NCBI GenBank assembly: GCA_964592815.1
Contig: CAZQGE010000005.1
Location: 1 to 47,681 of the forward strand
Length of the DNA: 47,681 nucleotides
Direction: 5' to 3'
DNA from: an uncultured Bacteroidaceae bacterium
Lineage (GTDB): Bacteria; Bacillota; Clostridia; Christensenellales; CAG-917
Made by a program: the position numbers and the translations under genes. Under the pieces are notes generated by a model. That model saw only the letters and a list, made by a program, of their open reading frames with translations. It was not told where the DNA came from and did no database searches. Positions 9,383 to 20,812 of the stretch are shown here, piece by piece (position 1 is the stretch's first letter; each line of letters begins with the position of its first letter).

Positions 9383-11233
9383 TTATTTTTCAAAATAAAA
9401 TACCTTGGCGCAAAATTTTTCAATAACTATATTTTCAACCACTTTATTTTCAAGCACCGAAAACGCCTTTTTATCGTAACAATACTGTTTGTCGGAATTG
9501 TTTGCAAAAACCACTATACGTCCTCTCTCAGAATTTCGTGAATAACACAAGCAATCAGCCTTTTCAAATTGCAATTCGCCTTGAAATTCTAGCTTGAAAT
9601 CCGTGCGCATTTTCCCAAGCATCTTATAGAAGTCCAAAAGCTCTAAATTTTCTTTCCCCCACGGATACGTTGCTCTATTCATAGGGTCCTCAAAACCTTC
9701 AATGCCAGCCTCATCGCCATAATATAATGACGGAACGCCTGTTAAGGTATATTGAAGCACAGCTGCCATTTTAAGTCTTTTGACAGCCAAATACTTGTCT
9801 GCTTGGTTCAACTTAAACACGGCTCTATCCGATTTTTTTTCAGGGAGAGCAACGTTGCTTAAATATGTCAGCGCGCGGACTGTATCGTGTGTACCAATCA
9901 AATTCATCATAACGTCTGCGCTTTCTTTTGGATAATGTTCCAATATTTTGGATACTTTGGCTTTGAAATCTAAAATGTGCCCGTCTAAAATAAATTTAAG
10001 CACAGCTTCTTTGAATGGATAATTCATTACCCCGTCAAGTTGTTTGCCCATAAAATATGGACGCCATTTGCTGTAACTTACTTTTGTTGACGCATCTTCC
10101 CAGACCTCGCCAATTATCAAACAATCATTGTCAACGCTCTTAATTTTTCGGCATAATTCTGTCGTAAAATCTACTGGCAATTCGTCAACAACGTCCAATC
10201 GCCACCCCTTGACGCCAGCTTTTGTCCACTTGTCTATAACGCCATTGTCACCAAGTATAAGTTGCTTGAAGCCTTTGGCAGATTTATTGACGGTTGGCAC
10301 GACTGTTGAACCCCACCAACAATGATATTTGTTTGGAAATTCATAAAACGTATACCAATCATAATAAGGTGAAGATTGACTTTGAAACGCTCCCAAAGTC
10401 GGGTAATTCCCAAACTTGTTGAAATATAAGCTATCTGCCCCAGTATGGTTAAAAACACCGTCGAGCATAATATTGATGCCTTTTTGCTTTGCTCTCTCGA
10501 TTAAGTCTGCAAACTCTTTTTCGTCGCCAAACAGTTCGTCAATTTTCAAATAATCTCCCGTGTCATAGCGATGATTTGAGGACGCTTCAAATATAGGTGA
10601 TAAATATAAACAAGAAACACCCAAACTTTTAAGGTAATCAAGTTTTGACAAAATGCCTTTTATATTTCCCCCAAAAAAGTCATCTGCTTGATAATCTTTG
10701 CCTTCAACTTCAACTTCAGGCAAGTCATTCCAGTCCGTATGCAATCTTCCTTTTTTTAAGAATTTGTTGCATTCTTTGCACGCAAATCTATCTGCAAATG
10801 CGTGATATATAACTCCACTTTTTGCCCAATTCGGGGTTTTATAGTCACATTCCGTAACAGTTAACTGCCATTCTGGCAACCAATCACCACGAACTGCAAT
10901 TCCTTCTTCTGTTCTGCCATAAAATGCAATTCCACCGTTTTCAAGTTCTCCTTCAAAACGATAATGCCAAATTCCACTTTGACTAAGCGGGAAATTGCTA
11001 TAATATAATTTTTCGTTTTCGCTTACGTACGGCGCAAATTGTGAAAAATTAAATATGCTTGTTTTGTCCGTCAACTCCAAAGGTTGTCTTATTGCTATGC
11101 CTGTTTCAAGGTGCCTTAATACAACAAAAACCCTCTTGACATGATGTTTCTTGTCAAGAGGAAAAATCATTTGTATGTTTTTTCCCACAGCAACTGCGCC
11201 GTAAGGTTTTTTGTGTTTGAGTGCGTTATACAT
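9383..11233 (-). CDS. GH13 alpha-glucan hydrolase (neopullulanase/amylopullulanase-like)
   Basis: SNHRYD, DGVFNH, GWRLDVVDE, IGEVWED and GTHDT conserved regions. Confidence 0.9.
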   Translation of the reverse strand: MYNALKHKKPYGAVAVGKNIQMIFPLDKKHHVKRVFVVLRHLETGIAIRQPLELTDKTSIFNFSQFAPYVSENEKLYYSNFPLSQSGIWHYRFEGELENGGIAFYGRTEEGIAVRGDWLPEWQLTVTECDYKTPNWAKSGVIYHAFADRFACKECNKFLKKGRLHTDWNDLPEVEVEGKDYQADDFFGGNIKGILSKLDYLKSLGVSCLYLSPIFEASSNHRYDTGDYLKIDELFGDEKEFADLIERAKQKGINIMLDGVFNHTGADSLYFNKFGNYPTLGAFQSQSSPYYDWYTFYEFPNKYHCWWGSTVVPTVNKSAKGFKQLILGDNGVIDKWTKAGVKGWRLDVVDELPVDFTTELCRKIKSVDNDCLIIGEVWEDASTKVSYSKWRPYFMGKQLDGVMNYPFKEAVLKFILDGHILDFKAKVSKILEHYPKESADVMMNLIGTHDTVRALTYLSNVALPEKKSDRAVFKLNQADKYLAVKRLKMAAVLQYTLTGVPSLYYGDEAGIEGFEDPMNRATYPWGKENLELLDFYKMLGKMRTDFKLEFQGELQFEKADCLCYSRNSERGRIVVFANNSDKQYCYDKKAFSVLENKVVENIVIEKFCAKVFYFEK

Positions 11234-11245
11234 TCTTGCCCTTAA

Positions 11246-13675
11246 TTATAGCACGGGTTTTAAGCCCCAAATGCGCTCTGCATATTCCTGAACTGCGCGG
11301 TCTGCTGCAAAAAATCCTGCTTTTGCAATGTTTACCAAGCTCATTCTGTTCCACTTTTCACGGTCTTGATAAGTCGCATTTACCTTATCTTGCGCTTTTG
11401 AATAGCTGTCAAAGTCAGCAAGAACCATATAACCGTCTGCTTGACCGTTTCTGCCAATGGTAAGGCTGTCGGCAATTTCTGAGAAACTAATTCCGTTTAT
11501 GCCTTGTCTGAGCGCATCAATAACCATTTTTATGCGTGGATTTGTTTGATAGTAGTGAGTAGGGTTATATCCACAACGCCACAAGTTTTGAACTTCATCT
11601 GCAAGCAAACCGAACAAGAAAATGTTTTCGTCGCCGACTTCTTCGTGAATTTCAACGTTTGCACCGTCCATTGTGCCTATTGTCAATGCGCCGTTAATCA
11701 TAAACTTCATATTTCCAGTTCCGCTGGCTTCTTTGCCTGCCAAAGAAATTTGCTCTGAAACTTCACTTGCTGGCATTATGATTTCGGCAAGGGATACCCT
11801 ATAATTTTCCAAAAATACCACTTTCAATTTCCCGTTTATTTGCGGGTCGTTATTGATTAAGTTGCCAAGCGCGCAAATAAAGCGAATAATTTGCTTAGCC
11901 ATATAGTATGCGCTTGCCGCTTTTGCGCCGAATATGAAAGTGCGTGGAACAATGTCCAAATTCGGATTTTCTTTAAGTTTGAAATACAAATCTAAAATGT
12001 TCAACGCGTTCAAAAGTTGACGTTTATATTCGTGCAATCTTTTTACTTGAACGTCAAAAATTGAATCTGGGTTGACAACAACTCCGTTGTGTTCCTTGAT
12101 ATACTCCGCAAGTTTAACCTTGTTGTTGCGCTTTATATTTTCAAGTCTTTGAAGGACTTTTCTATCGCCCATAAACTTTTGCAAATCTTGAAGATTATCT
12201 GCATCTTTAAGCCACTTGTCACCAATCAATTCCGTGATAAGCGATGCAAGTTCAGGGTTTGCTTCCGCAACCCAACGACGATGCGTAATTCCATTTGTAA
12301 CATTTGTAAATTTTTCAGGGTGCATACGGTAATAATCTTTGAAAACGTCATTTTTAAGAATTTCCGAGTGCAATGCGCTTACTCCGTTTATTGTATGAGC
12401 AGTCGCAAGGCAAAGATTTGCCATTTTAACTTGTCCTTCACTTAACACAGCATTCTGATTTACCGTATCCCAGTTGTTTGGATAAAACGCCCAAAGTTCA
12501 TCGCAAAAGCGTTGGTTTATTTCGCGGATAATTTGAAAAATTCTTGGCAACAAACCTTGGAACAAATCTTGTGGCCACTTTTCAAGAGCTTCACTCATAA
12601 CCGTATGGTTTGTATATGAAACTGTGTTGGAAGTAATTTCCCAAGCCTTTTCCCAAGTCATTCCATATTGATCAAGCAAAATTCGCATAAGCTCTGGTAT
12701 GCAAAGCGTCGGGTGCGTATCGTTAATGTGAATTGCAACGCAATCTGCAAGATTGTCTAAATTTGGGTTGGTTTTAAGATGACGTTTGATTATGCTTTGA
12801 ATTGACGCCGAAACAAAGAAATATTGTTGCTTTAATCTTAGGCTTTTGCCTTCAATGTGGTCGTCGGCAGGATACAAAACTTTGCTTATTGACTCCGCCA
12901 TAGCTTTTGCGCTCATTGCCTTCACGTATTCACCGCGTGAAAACATTGTCATATCAAAATCAACAGGAGCTTTTGAAGACCACAATCTTATGCGGTTGAC
13001 GGTTTTGGTGTCGTAGCCAGAGATATTCATATCATAAGGCACAGCCAAGACCGTAGTATAATCTTTTTGATGAACAGACAGTTTTCCGTCTTCCCAAGAT
13101 TCTTCCACCTTTCCGCCGAATTTTATTTCATACACTTCTTCCATTCTGGGAGAAAGCCAAACCGAACCCATTTTAAGCCAATCGTCAGGTTGTTCCAACT
13201 GCCAACCATCGACAATAACTTGCTTGAAAATGCCATAATCGTACATAATTGAAAAACCGCTTGCGGGATAACCTTGCGATGTTAACGCATCCATATATGC
13301 TGCGGCAAGTCTACCTAAACCACCGTTTCCTAAACCAGCATCAGGCTCAAAACTGTAAAGCTCATTAAGGTTTGCACCCAAATTTGCGACAGCTTTTGAT
13401 ACTTCGTCAGTTATTCCCATATTGAAAAGGTGGTTTCTCAAAGAACGGCCAAGCAAAAACTCCATAGACATATAATATATTTGCTTTGCATTCTTCTCTC
13501 TGACTTCTTTTTTGAAATTAACTCGGGTTTGCGTCAAAATATCTCTGACGCACATTGCTGTTGCTTGATATAATTGTGCTTTTGAAGCGTCTTCGGGTTT
13601 TACTCCGAAATATCTGGCAAGAGCCATAACCATTTGAGTTTCAAACTCTTTTGAAGTTATTGAAAAATTTGACAT
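11246..13675 (-). CDS. glgP: Glycogen/starch phosphorylase
   Basis: GLGNGGLGRLAA, HINDTHP, KRLHEYKRQ and EASGTGNMK (PLP lysine). Confidence 0.97.
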   Translation of the reverse strand: MSNFSITSKEFETQMVMALARYFGVKPEDASKAQLYQATAMCVRDILTQTRVNFKKEVREKNAKQIYYMSMEFLLGRSLRNHLFNMGITDEVSKAVANLGANLNELYSFEPDAGLGNGGLGRLAAAYMDALTSQGYPASGFSIMYDYGIFKQVIVDGWQLEQPDDWLKMGSVWLSPRMEEVYEIKFGGKVEESWEDGKLSVHQKDYTTVLAVPYDMNISGYDTKTVNRIRLWSSKAPVDFDMTMFSRGEYVKAMSAKAMAESISKVLYPADDHIEGKSLRLKQQYFFVSASIQSIIKRHLKTNPNLDNLADCVAIHINDTHPTLCIPELMRILLDQYGMTWEKAWEITSNTVSYTNHTVMSEALEKWPQDLFQGLLPRIFQIIREINQRFCDELWAFYPNNWDTVNQNAVLSEGQVKMANLCLATAHTINGVSALHSEILKNDVFKDYYRMHPEKFTNVTNGITHRRWVAEANPELASLITELIGDKWLKDADNLQDLQKFMGDRKVLQRLENIKRNNKVKLAEYIKEHNGVVVNPDSIFDVQVKRLHEYKRQLLNALNILDLYFKLKENPNLDIVPRTFIFGAKAASAYYMAKQIIRFICALGNLINNDPQINGKLKVVFLENYRVSLAEIIMPASEVSEQISLAGKEASGTGNMKFMINGALTIGTMDGANVEIHEEVGDENIFLFGLLADEVQNLWRCGYNPTHYYQTNPRIKMVIDALRQGINGISFSEIADSLTIGRNGQADGYMVLADFDSYSKAQDKVNATYQDREKWNRMSLVNIAKAGFFAADRAVQEYAERIWGLKPVL

Positions 13676-13794
13676 ATTCCTTCCTTCCTCTCGCTTTCCC
13701 CCGAGACGAAAGTTTCCACTGTTGTTAATATATTATTTATTGATTATTTTGGTCAAAACGCAAAATTTTTTTACAATTTTTCCATTTTAGCCTA

Positions 13795-13837
13795 AATAAA
13801 CAACCGAAATTATATCTCAAACATAATTTCGGTTGTT
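13795..13837 (-). terminator. Terminator/stem-loop after glgA
   Basis: 15-bp perfect stem AACAACCGAAATTAT/ATAATTTCGGTTGTT. Confidence 0.75.
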
Positions 13838-13843
13838 ATTCTA

Positions 13844-15265
13844 CTAAATATTTTTGTAAATGTCCACATATTTTCTTGCGCTTACCTCCCAACCGAAATC
13901 GGTTGATAGACAAGCCTTTGTAATTGCATCCCACGCTTCTTTGTCAAAGAACGTTGCGTATGCGCGCCATATTGCATCAAGCATATCGTATGCATTGTAG
14001 GTTTTGAAAGTGAAGCCTGTCCCTGTTTTAATTTCTGGGTTAAACGGTTCAACGCTGTCTTTCAATCCACCTGTTTCTCTGACGATAGGTACAGTTCCAT
14101 AGCGCATAGCAATCATTTGAGAAAGCCCGCAAGGTTCAAACTTTGAAGGCATCAAGAACAAATCAGCAGAACCGTAAATTTTTGACGCCAAGTCGCTTGA
14201 AAACTGCAAAATTACACGGAATTTCTTTGGATACCTTTCTTCAACGGCTTTGAGCATATTTTCATATTTCCAATCGCCCGTTCCCAAAACAACCATTTGA
14301 ATGTCGGCTTGCATGATGTCGTCAATGACTTTTGACACCAAATCCATACCTTTTTGCTCAGTCAATCTTGTAACCATAGCCAAAAGCGGACGCTTTTTTT
14401 CAAAGCCCAAGTCAAGCATTTCACACAAAGCCTTTTTGTTTTCGATTTTTGCGTCGATGTGTTTTAAGTCGTAATTTTTGAACAGCTTTTTGTCGGTTTT
14501 CGGATTATATTCTTCCATATCTATTCCGTTGATTACGCCTTTAATCTTGTACTTGCGTTGTGAAAGAATACCTTCCAAGCCATAAGAATAGAACGGATCC
14601 AAAATTTCTTCCGAATAAGTTTCGCTTACTGTCGTAACCGCAGATGACGCTTCAATCCCGCCCTTCATATAGTTTACACAATCACCGTTGATAACAAGCG
14701 GTTTTGCCCAATCAGGAAGACCTAAAATATCTGAAATTAGTTCTGCGCCATATTTACCTTGAAACTCAATGTTGTGAATGGTGAAAACAGTCTTTATGTT
14801 TTGGTACGCCTTTCTCTCGCGATAAAAAACGTCCAAAAAAACAGGAGTTAAAGCCGTTTGCCAATCGTTGGCGTGCAAAACGTCGGGGTAAAAATCAATT
14901 AAAGATAAGGCTTCTAGAACAGCTTTGCTGAAATACGCAAAACGCTCGCCATCATCGAAATGACCATACAAGCCTTTACGCTTGAAATAAAATTCATTGT
15001 CAACAAAATAATAGGTTATTCCGTCAATAACAGCTTCATAAAGTCCAACGTATTGTCTTCTCCAACTGAGTTCAACAAAAGTCGAACCCACAAAACGAAA
15101 GTTGTTTTTGAAGTCGTCCTTTATTTCTTCTTTATAAAATGGAATTATAACCCTAGCGTCGTGACCGAGTTTTTTGATTGCTTTTGGCAACGCGCCCATA
15201 ACGTCGCCCAAACCGCCTGAACGAACAAACGGAGCTGTTTCAGAAGCGACAAACAAAACTTTCAT
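13844..15265 (-). CDS. glgA: Glycogen synthase
   Basis: RSGGLGDV, HANDWQT, TIHN, PSKFEPCGLSQ, TGGLKD. Confidence 0.95.
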   Translation of the reverse strand: MKVLFVASETAPFVRSGGLGDVMGALPKAIKKLGHDARVIIPFYKEEIKDDFKNNFRFVGSTFVELSWRRQYVGLYEAVIDGITYYFVDNEFYFKRKGLYGHFDDGERFAYFSKAVLEALSLIDFYPDVLHANDWQTALTPVFLDVFYRERKAYQNIKTVFTIHNIEFQGKYGAELISDILGLPDWAKPLVINGDCVNYMKGGIEASSAVTTVSETYSEEILDPFYSYGLEGILSQRKYKIKGVINGIDMEEYNPKTDKKLFKNYDLKHIDAKIENKKALCEMLDLGFEKKRPLLAMVTRLTEQKGMDLVSKVIDDIMQADIQMVVLGTGDWKYENMLKAVEERYPKKFRVILQFSSDLASKIYGSADLFLMPSKFEPCGLSQMIAMRYGTVPIVRETGGLKDSVEPFNPEIKTGTGFTFKTYNAYDMLDAIWRAYATFFDKEAWDAITKACLSTDFGWEVSARKYVDIYKNI

Positions 15266-15345
15266 ATTTTCATCTCCTTGTAATTCTTTAAGCAGAATTT
15301 TTCAATTAGCGTCAAAAACTCAAACGTTGACGCATATAGAGGTTG

Positions 15346-16461
15346 TTAAATGATTTTGCCCTTTACTACAACCATAGGATATGACTCATAACCGCTGAGT
15401 TTTCTTCCTGGCTGTATGATGACGTTTTTGTCTGTTATGGTGTATTCCAAACTAGCGTTTTCCATAACAATTCCGTCTTCCATAATTATGCAGTTTTTGA
15501 CTACCGCACCTTTACCCACCTTAACACTACGGAATAAAACCGAGTTTTCAACAAGTCCGTCAATGACGCAACCGTCGGCAATAAGGCTGTTTTTAACTTG
15601 CGCGCCGTCTTTATACTTTGTTGGAACGCTGTCTTTAACCTTTGTCAAAATTGTTGAGTGTTTGTAAAACAGCTCGTTTCTAACCTTCGGGTCGAGCAAT
15701 TCCATACTATGCTTGAAATATGTTGGAATACGGTCGATAACGGCAACGTAATCACGTACTTCATAGCTCATAATATAAAGGCTTTCAAGTTCCTTTTGCA
15801 AAATTTCTTTTTCAAAATCGTATGCGCCGTGAGCGTATGCGTTGTCAACCAACGTAATCAACAAATCTTTTTTGATAAAGTAAATGTTGAGGTTGCAAAG
15901 TTGTTTGCCTGTGTCTGAGGCAACGGGAAAACGCATATCAACGATTCTCTTATTTTTATCTTCCGTCACAATATTCTTTCTGGGAGTTATATCGTCAGTT
16001 TGATAAGTAAGCATCGTTATATCTGCGCCCTTTTCAATGTGGAACTTTTCAACTTCGTCAAAGTCTATGTTGAAAGCAATGTTTGTGTTTGCAATGACAA
16101 CGTATTCTTCTAAGGCTTTCATCATAAAGCCACGCAACGTATAAAGGGCTTCAATTTTTCCTTTATAAACGTCGTGAGCTGAGTTGAAAACAAAAGGCGG
16201 ATATACGGTGATACCGCTATTTTTTCTGTTCAAGTCCCAGTCGCGTCCCATACGAATATGGTCCATAAGCGAGTTATAGTTGTTTTTTGTTATAATTCCA
16301 ACCGTCGTAATGTTTGCATTGACAAGATTTGATAAAGCAAAGTCGATAAGACGGTATCTTCCGCCAAATGGTAGTGACGCAGTAGTTCGTCTAATTGTCA
16401 AATCATTAAGATGGCTATCTTCATCAGCTGCAAAAAGCACGCTCATTGTATGGTTTTTCAT
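15346..16461 (-). CDS. glgD: Glucose-1-phosphate adenylyltransferase, GlgD subunit
   Basis: ASLPFGGRYRLIDFALSN and GRDWDLNRK; follows glgC. Confidence 0.92.
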   Translation of the reverse strand: MKNHTMSVLFAADEDSHLNDLTIRRTTASLPFGGRYRLIDFALSNLVNANITTVGIITKNNYNSLMDHIRMGRDWDLNRKNSGITVYPPFVFNSAHDVYKGKIEALYTLRGFMMKALEEYVVIANTNIAFNIDFDEVEKFHIEKGADITMLTYQTDDITPRKNIVTEDKNKRIVDMRFPVASDTGKQLCNLNIYFIKKDLLITLVDNAYAHGAYDFEKEILQKELESLYIMSYEVRDYVAVIDRIPTYFKHSMELLDPKVRNELFYKHSTILTKVKDSVPTKYKDGAQVKNSLIADGCVIDGLVENSVLFRSVKVGKGAVVKNCIIMEDGIVMENASLEYTITDKNVIIQPGRKLSGYESYPMVVVKGKII

Positions 16462-16476
16462 AGCTTTATCCTCTCC

Positions 16477-17682
16477 TTATCCTATCATTTCGTTTGCGCC
16501 AACCACAGAATTTTCAGGCAAATTATAGTGTGGAGCAATAACGCTAATTTTCCATTCTCCTGGACGGCTTTCCTTTTGGGTTTCACCAACCATAGAATTT
16601 TTGCCAATGGTAGCATTCCAACCAACGATTGCGTATCTTATATCCGCGCCGTCTTCAATTACCGCATTAGGCATAATAATCGAGCCTTCAATGTAGGCGT
16701 CTTTTCCTATTGTTACAGAGTGCGAAATTATGCTGTCCTTAACCGTGCCAGCAACAACTGTACCCTCTGAAATTAAGCAGTTTTGAACTTTGCCCGTTTC
16801 TGTGATAAATTGCGGAGGCTCTGCCATATTACGCGAATAAATTTTCCAGTTGTCGTCATCAAGTTGCAATCCACCAATGTCGGTGTCGTGCATAAGTATA
16901 TCCATATTTGACTCCCACAAAGACGAAATTGTTCCAACGTCTTTCCAGTAGCCGTCAAATTGATATGCAAACATTCTTTGTTTGTCGGCAAGCATTTTGG
17001 GGATTATGTTCTTGCCAAAATCGTTATCAGACGTTTTGTCGTTTTCGTCATCAATAAGATATTTGCGCAAAACACTCCAAGTAAAAATGTAAATTCCCAT
17101 TGATGCTTTGGTACTCTTAGGATTTTTTGGTTTTTCTTCAAATTCGTAAATTTCATTGCCGTTTTTGATATTCATAATTCCAAAACGACTTGCTTCTTCC
17201 TTAGGAACGTCCAAAACCGCTATCGTGCAATCTGCTCTGTTCTTTTTGTGTTCTTTTAGCATTTTGTGGTAATTCATTTTATAGATATGGTCACCGCTTA
17301 AAAGCACAACGTACTCAGGGTTGAAATTGTCAATGAAATCTATGTTTTGATAAATAGCATTTGCCGTGCCTTTATACCATTCGCCAGATTTTGCCCTCAT
17401 AAACGGTGGCAAAACATAAATGCCCCCACTAAGTCTATCCAAATCCCACGGTTGACCATTACCTATGTATTGGTGCAACTCAAAGGGACGATATTGTGTC
17501 AATACGCCAATGGTATCGATGCCGCTGTTAACACAGTTCGAAAGCGGAAAGTCGATAATGCGGTATTTTGCACCGAACGGAACAGCTGGTTTTGCCACGT
17601 CGTTAGTTAAAACTCCCAAACGTGTCCCCTGTCCGCCTGCAAGCAACATTGCTATACAGTCTTTTTTGACGCTTTTACTCAT
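16477..17682 (-). CDS. glgC: Glucose-1-phosphate adenylyltransferase
   Basis: [44 protein letters not shown]. Confidence 0.96.
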   Translation of the reverse strand: MSKSVKKDCIAMLLAGGQGTRLGVLTNDVAKPAVPFGAKYRIIDFPLSNCVNSGIDTIGVLTQYRPFELHQYIGNGQPWDLDRLSGGIYVLPPFMRAKSGEWYKGTANAIYQNIDFIDNFNPEYVVLLSGDHIYKMNYHKMLKEHKKNRADCTIAVLDVPKEEASRFGIMNIKNGNEIYEFEEKPKNPKSTKASMGIYIFTWSVLRKYLIDDENDKTSDNDFGKNIIPKMLADKQRMFAYQFDGYWKDVGTISSLWESNMDILMHDTDIGGLQLDDDNWKIYSRNMAEPPQFITETGKVQNCLISEGTVVAGTVKDSIISHSVTIGKDAYIEGSIIMPNAVIEDGADIRYAIVGWNATIGKNSMVGETQKESRPGEWKISVIAPHYNLPENSVVGANEMIG

Positions 17683-19579
17683 TTTTTCCTCCTTTATCCT
17701 TATGTTCGGGTATCAGGAACATCACTGAATTTTTTGGTATGTTAATTTTAATTGTGTACGGATAACCGTGGTTTTGCTTTGACGACGCGCGGAAAGTTGG
17801 GCGTCGCTCTTCTTCTCCGCCATACTTTTTCAGCGAAGAAATCAATTCCGCCTTATAGTTGCAGTTTTCAGGCACGCCCATTGCATACTTAATTCTGTCC
17901 ACAGGTGAAAAGTTGACAACGCAAATTATATATTGTCCGTCTGCCGACTTCCTTATAAACGAAAGTATATTTTGCTTGTTGTCATCAACAACTATCCACT
18001 TAAAACCGTCATAAGAACAATCGAGTTGCCACAATTCTTTGTGTTCAAGATAAAAATTATTCAAGTCCTTTATAAACTTTTGAAAAGTTCTGTGACGTGG
18101 GTAATCAAGCAAAAACCAATCCAATTCCTGCGTATAGTTCCATTCAATAAACTGCGCGAATTCGTTGCCCATAAAATTAAGTTTTTTGCCTGGGTGCGCC
18201 ATCATAAAGCCGTAAAATGCTTTTAATCCTTCAAATTTTTCATCGTATGCGCCAGGTACTTTGCCAATCATCGAGCCTTTTCCGTGTACGACTTCATCGT
18301 GTGAAATTGGCAAAATATAGTTTTCTGAATACGCATAACTAATTGAAAACGTCAGGTTGTTATGGTTATCCTTTCTAAAAAACGGGTCAAGCGAAAGATA
18401 ATGCAAACTATCGTTCATCCAACCCATATTCCACTTGAAATTAAAGCCAAGACCTCCGTCATAAGCAGGCTTTGTTATCATCGGGAATGCCGTGCTTTCT
18501 TCCGCTATTGTCATTGCGCCGTGATATTTTGAAAGAATGGCTGTGTTCATTTGTTTCAAGAAATCTCTTGCTTCCAAATTATAATTTCCGCCATACTCGT
18601 TTGGCGTCCACTCGCCGTCCTTTCTGCCATAATCAAGATAAAGCATACTTGCAACAGCATCACAACGTATTCCGTCAATGTGGTAGATGTCAAACCAAAA
18701 CATTGCTGCTGAAATAAGAAAACTTTTCACTTCATTTTTGCCGAAATCGTAAACTTTTGTTCCCCACTCTTTATGTTCTCCCTTTTTAGGGTCGCTGTAC
18801 TCATAAAGCGGAGTGCCGTCAAAATATGAAAGACCGTGCTCGTCCTTGGGGAAGTGAGCAAGCACCCAATCCATAATTATACTAATACCCGCACGGTGAC
18901 AGCGGTCAACAAACTCCATAAAGTCTTTTGGCTCACCATAACGTGACGTCGGAGCAAACATACCCGTAACTTGATAGCCCCAGCTACCTTCAAATGGATA
19001 TTCTGTCAACGGCATAATTTCAATGTGAGTATATCCCATTTTTTTAACGTATGGAATAAGCTCGTCAGCCATAGCCTTGTAATTGATAAAGTTTCCGTCC
19101 GCGTACTTTTTCCAACTCCCAAAATGCATTTCATAAATGTTCATCGGAGTTCCATACGGATTATAATTTTCTCTGTCACGCATCCACTTTCTGTCTTTCC
19201 AATGGTAATCAGTCAAGTCGTAAAGTTTTGACGCGTTTGCGGGTGCAGTTTCAAAATGCAAACCGTAAGGGTCACATTTCAAAACAACTTTCCCTCCGCT
19301 TGATGTAACAGCATATTTGTAATTATCAAATTGTTTTAATAAGCCAATAAAAATCGTCCAAATTCCATCTTCCGTAAAATTCATCACGTTGGCTTTAATA
19401 TCCCAATTATTAAAATCTCCGACGACTGACACCTCTTTAGCGTTTGGCGCCCACACGTTAAAAGTCCACCCCTTAACTCCTTCGTGAACAGTTGGAGTGG
19501 GTGAAAACAATTTGTACGCTTGATAATTTGTGCCTTCGTGAAAAAGGTAAGATGCGTAGCTATCTTTTAATCTTGCCAT
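17675..19579 (-). CDS. glgB: 1,4-alpha-glucan branching enzyme
   Basis: VWAPNA (CBM48), [33 protein letters not shown]. Confidence 0.96.
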   Translation of the reverse strand: MARLKDSYASYLFHEGTNYQAYKLFSPTPTVHEGVKGWTFNVWAPNAKEVSVVGDFNNWDIKANVMNFTEDGIWTIFIGLLKQFDNYKYAVTSSGGKVVLKCDPYGLHFETAPANASKLYDLTDYHWKDRKWMRDRENYNPYGTPMNIYEMHFGSWKKYADGNFINYKAMADELIPYVKKMGYTHIEIMPLTEYPFEGSWGYQVTGMFAPTSRYGEPKDFMEFVDRCHRAGISIIMDWVLAHFPKDEHGLSYFDGTPLYEYSDPKKGEHKEWGTKVYDFGKNEVKSFLISAAMFWFDIYHIDGIRCDAVASMLYLDYGRKDGEWTPNEYGGNYNLEARDFLKQMNTAILSKYHGAMTIAEESTAFPMITKPAYDGGLGFNFKWNMGWMNDSLHYLSLDPFFRKDNHNNLTFSISYAYSENYILPISHDEVVHGKGSMIGKVPGAYDEKFEGLKAFYGFMMAHPGKKLNFMGNEFAQFIEWNYTQELDWFLLDYPRHRTFQKFIKDLNNFYLEHKELWQLDCSYDGFKWIVVDDNKQNILSFIRKSADGQYIICVVNFSPVDRIKYAMGVPENCNYKAELISSLKKYGGEEERRPTFRASSKQNHGYPYTIKINIPKNSVMFLIPEHKDKGGKNE

Positions 19580-19875
19580 AAATTCTCCGTAAATGTTTCC
19601 GCATTGGGCGGTTTATATGCTTTTATAATATAATACCAAAATTATAGACATATAACAATAGACAAAAGCCATTTTCTTCTAAAATTTGTAAACAATTGCG
19701 AAATTTTCGTCATTTTTGGCGCATAAAGTTTTTTTTATTTTTGAAAACTGTACGATTTTTTTAGGTATTATCTGACTTTTATAAAAAACAATTTAGTTGA
19801 TAAAAAAAATACTCCCTCGTTTCTCTGTAACTTTTTTTGCGTTTATTTATTGAAAAATAAACACTTTTCAGCTAT

Positions 19876-20742
19876 CTATTTGGTTATTTTTATCTTAAAA
19901 ACTTGACTGTTTAAGCTGTTTCCAAGTTTTTTTTGCTGTCTTTTTGCGGTGCTAAGTATGTTTTCAATTGAAAAGACCAAACTCCCGCTTCCACTCATAA
20001 CACATTTAGAACAACCAATTTTTTTTAACCTTTCAATGTTAGTTACTATTTCTGGATTAAGCTGCTTAGAACACGGAAATAGGCTGTTTTTTGGAGCATC
20101 TAGCACGTCACTTAAATTATATTCCGACACTCTATCATAGTTTGTGCCATTCATCTTGTCATATAATGCGTAACATTCCTTTGTATCTACTCCATTTTTT
20201 GCATATAATGCCAATACGTAAAAGTTTTTGTTTACGTTTGCAAAATCTAAATCTTGAACTTGCTCGCCAACACCCAAAACTCTCTTTACTCCACCTTGCA
20301 TCATAAATGGCACGTCAGAACCTAGATTTACTAGAAAATCTGAAGACAACGTCAAAGGTTTTTTAAGCCATTCAAAATATGCGAGGACAGTTTTCAAAAT
20401 TGCCACCACACTCGCTGTTGAACCGCCCATTCCCGCACCTAAAGGCACTCCTTTTTCAACCACAAACTTGCCACCAAACAAACCTGAGTTCTCCATAATT
20501 TTTTTACACGCAGAAACCAAAGTCTTTTCAAAGCGTGGAATTTCTACACCCGAAATCTTAGGAATTATTTCAAATGAAAGTTGTTCGTTTGATGGATAAA
20601 ACGTAACTTTGTCGTAAACGTTGACGCTTGCCATAACGCTGTCAAGCGTATGCAAATTATTCTTTATCCCCGTGACGTACAGGCACAAGTTGACTTTGCC
20701 AAAAACCTTTGCTTGAAATTTTTCCTTTTTTGTTTTTATCAT
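19876..20742 (-). CDS. ispE: 4-diphosphocytidyl-2-C-methyl-D-erythritol kinase
   Basis: GKVNLCL, PLGAGMGGS (GHMP kinase), GSDVPF, MSGSGS; near veg. Confidence 0.85.
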   Translation of the reverse strand: MIKTKKEKFQAKVFGKVNLCLYVTGIKNNLHTLDSVMASVNVYDKVTFYPSNEQLSFEIIPKISGVEIPRFEKTLVSACKKIMENSGLFGGKFVVEKGVPLGAGMGGSTASVVAILKTVLAYFEWLKKPLTLSSDFLVNLGSDVPFMMQGGVKRVLGVGEQVQDLDFANVNKNFYVLALYAKNGVDTKECYALYDKMNGTNYDRVSEYNLSDVLDAPKNSLFPCSKQLNPEIVTNIERLKKIGCSKCVMSGSGSLVFSIENILSTAKRQQKKLGNSLNSQVFKIKITK

Positions 20743-20770
20743 AAAAGATAGTCTCCTCAGAGACTATCTT
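20743..20770 (-). terminator. Stem-loop overlapping the ispE ribosome-binding site
   Basis: AAGATAGTCTC-TGAG-GAGACTATCTT then TTATG. Confidence 0.55.
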
Positions 20771-20812
20771 ACCACAAATATTATGCTTATAAAAGTATTA
20801 TCTTGAAGCCCT

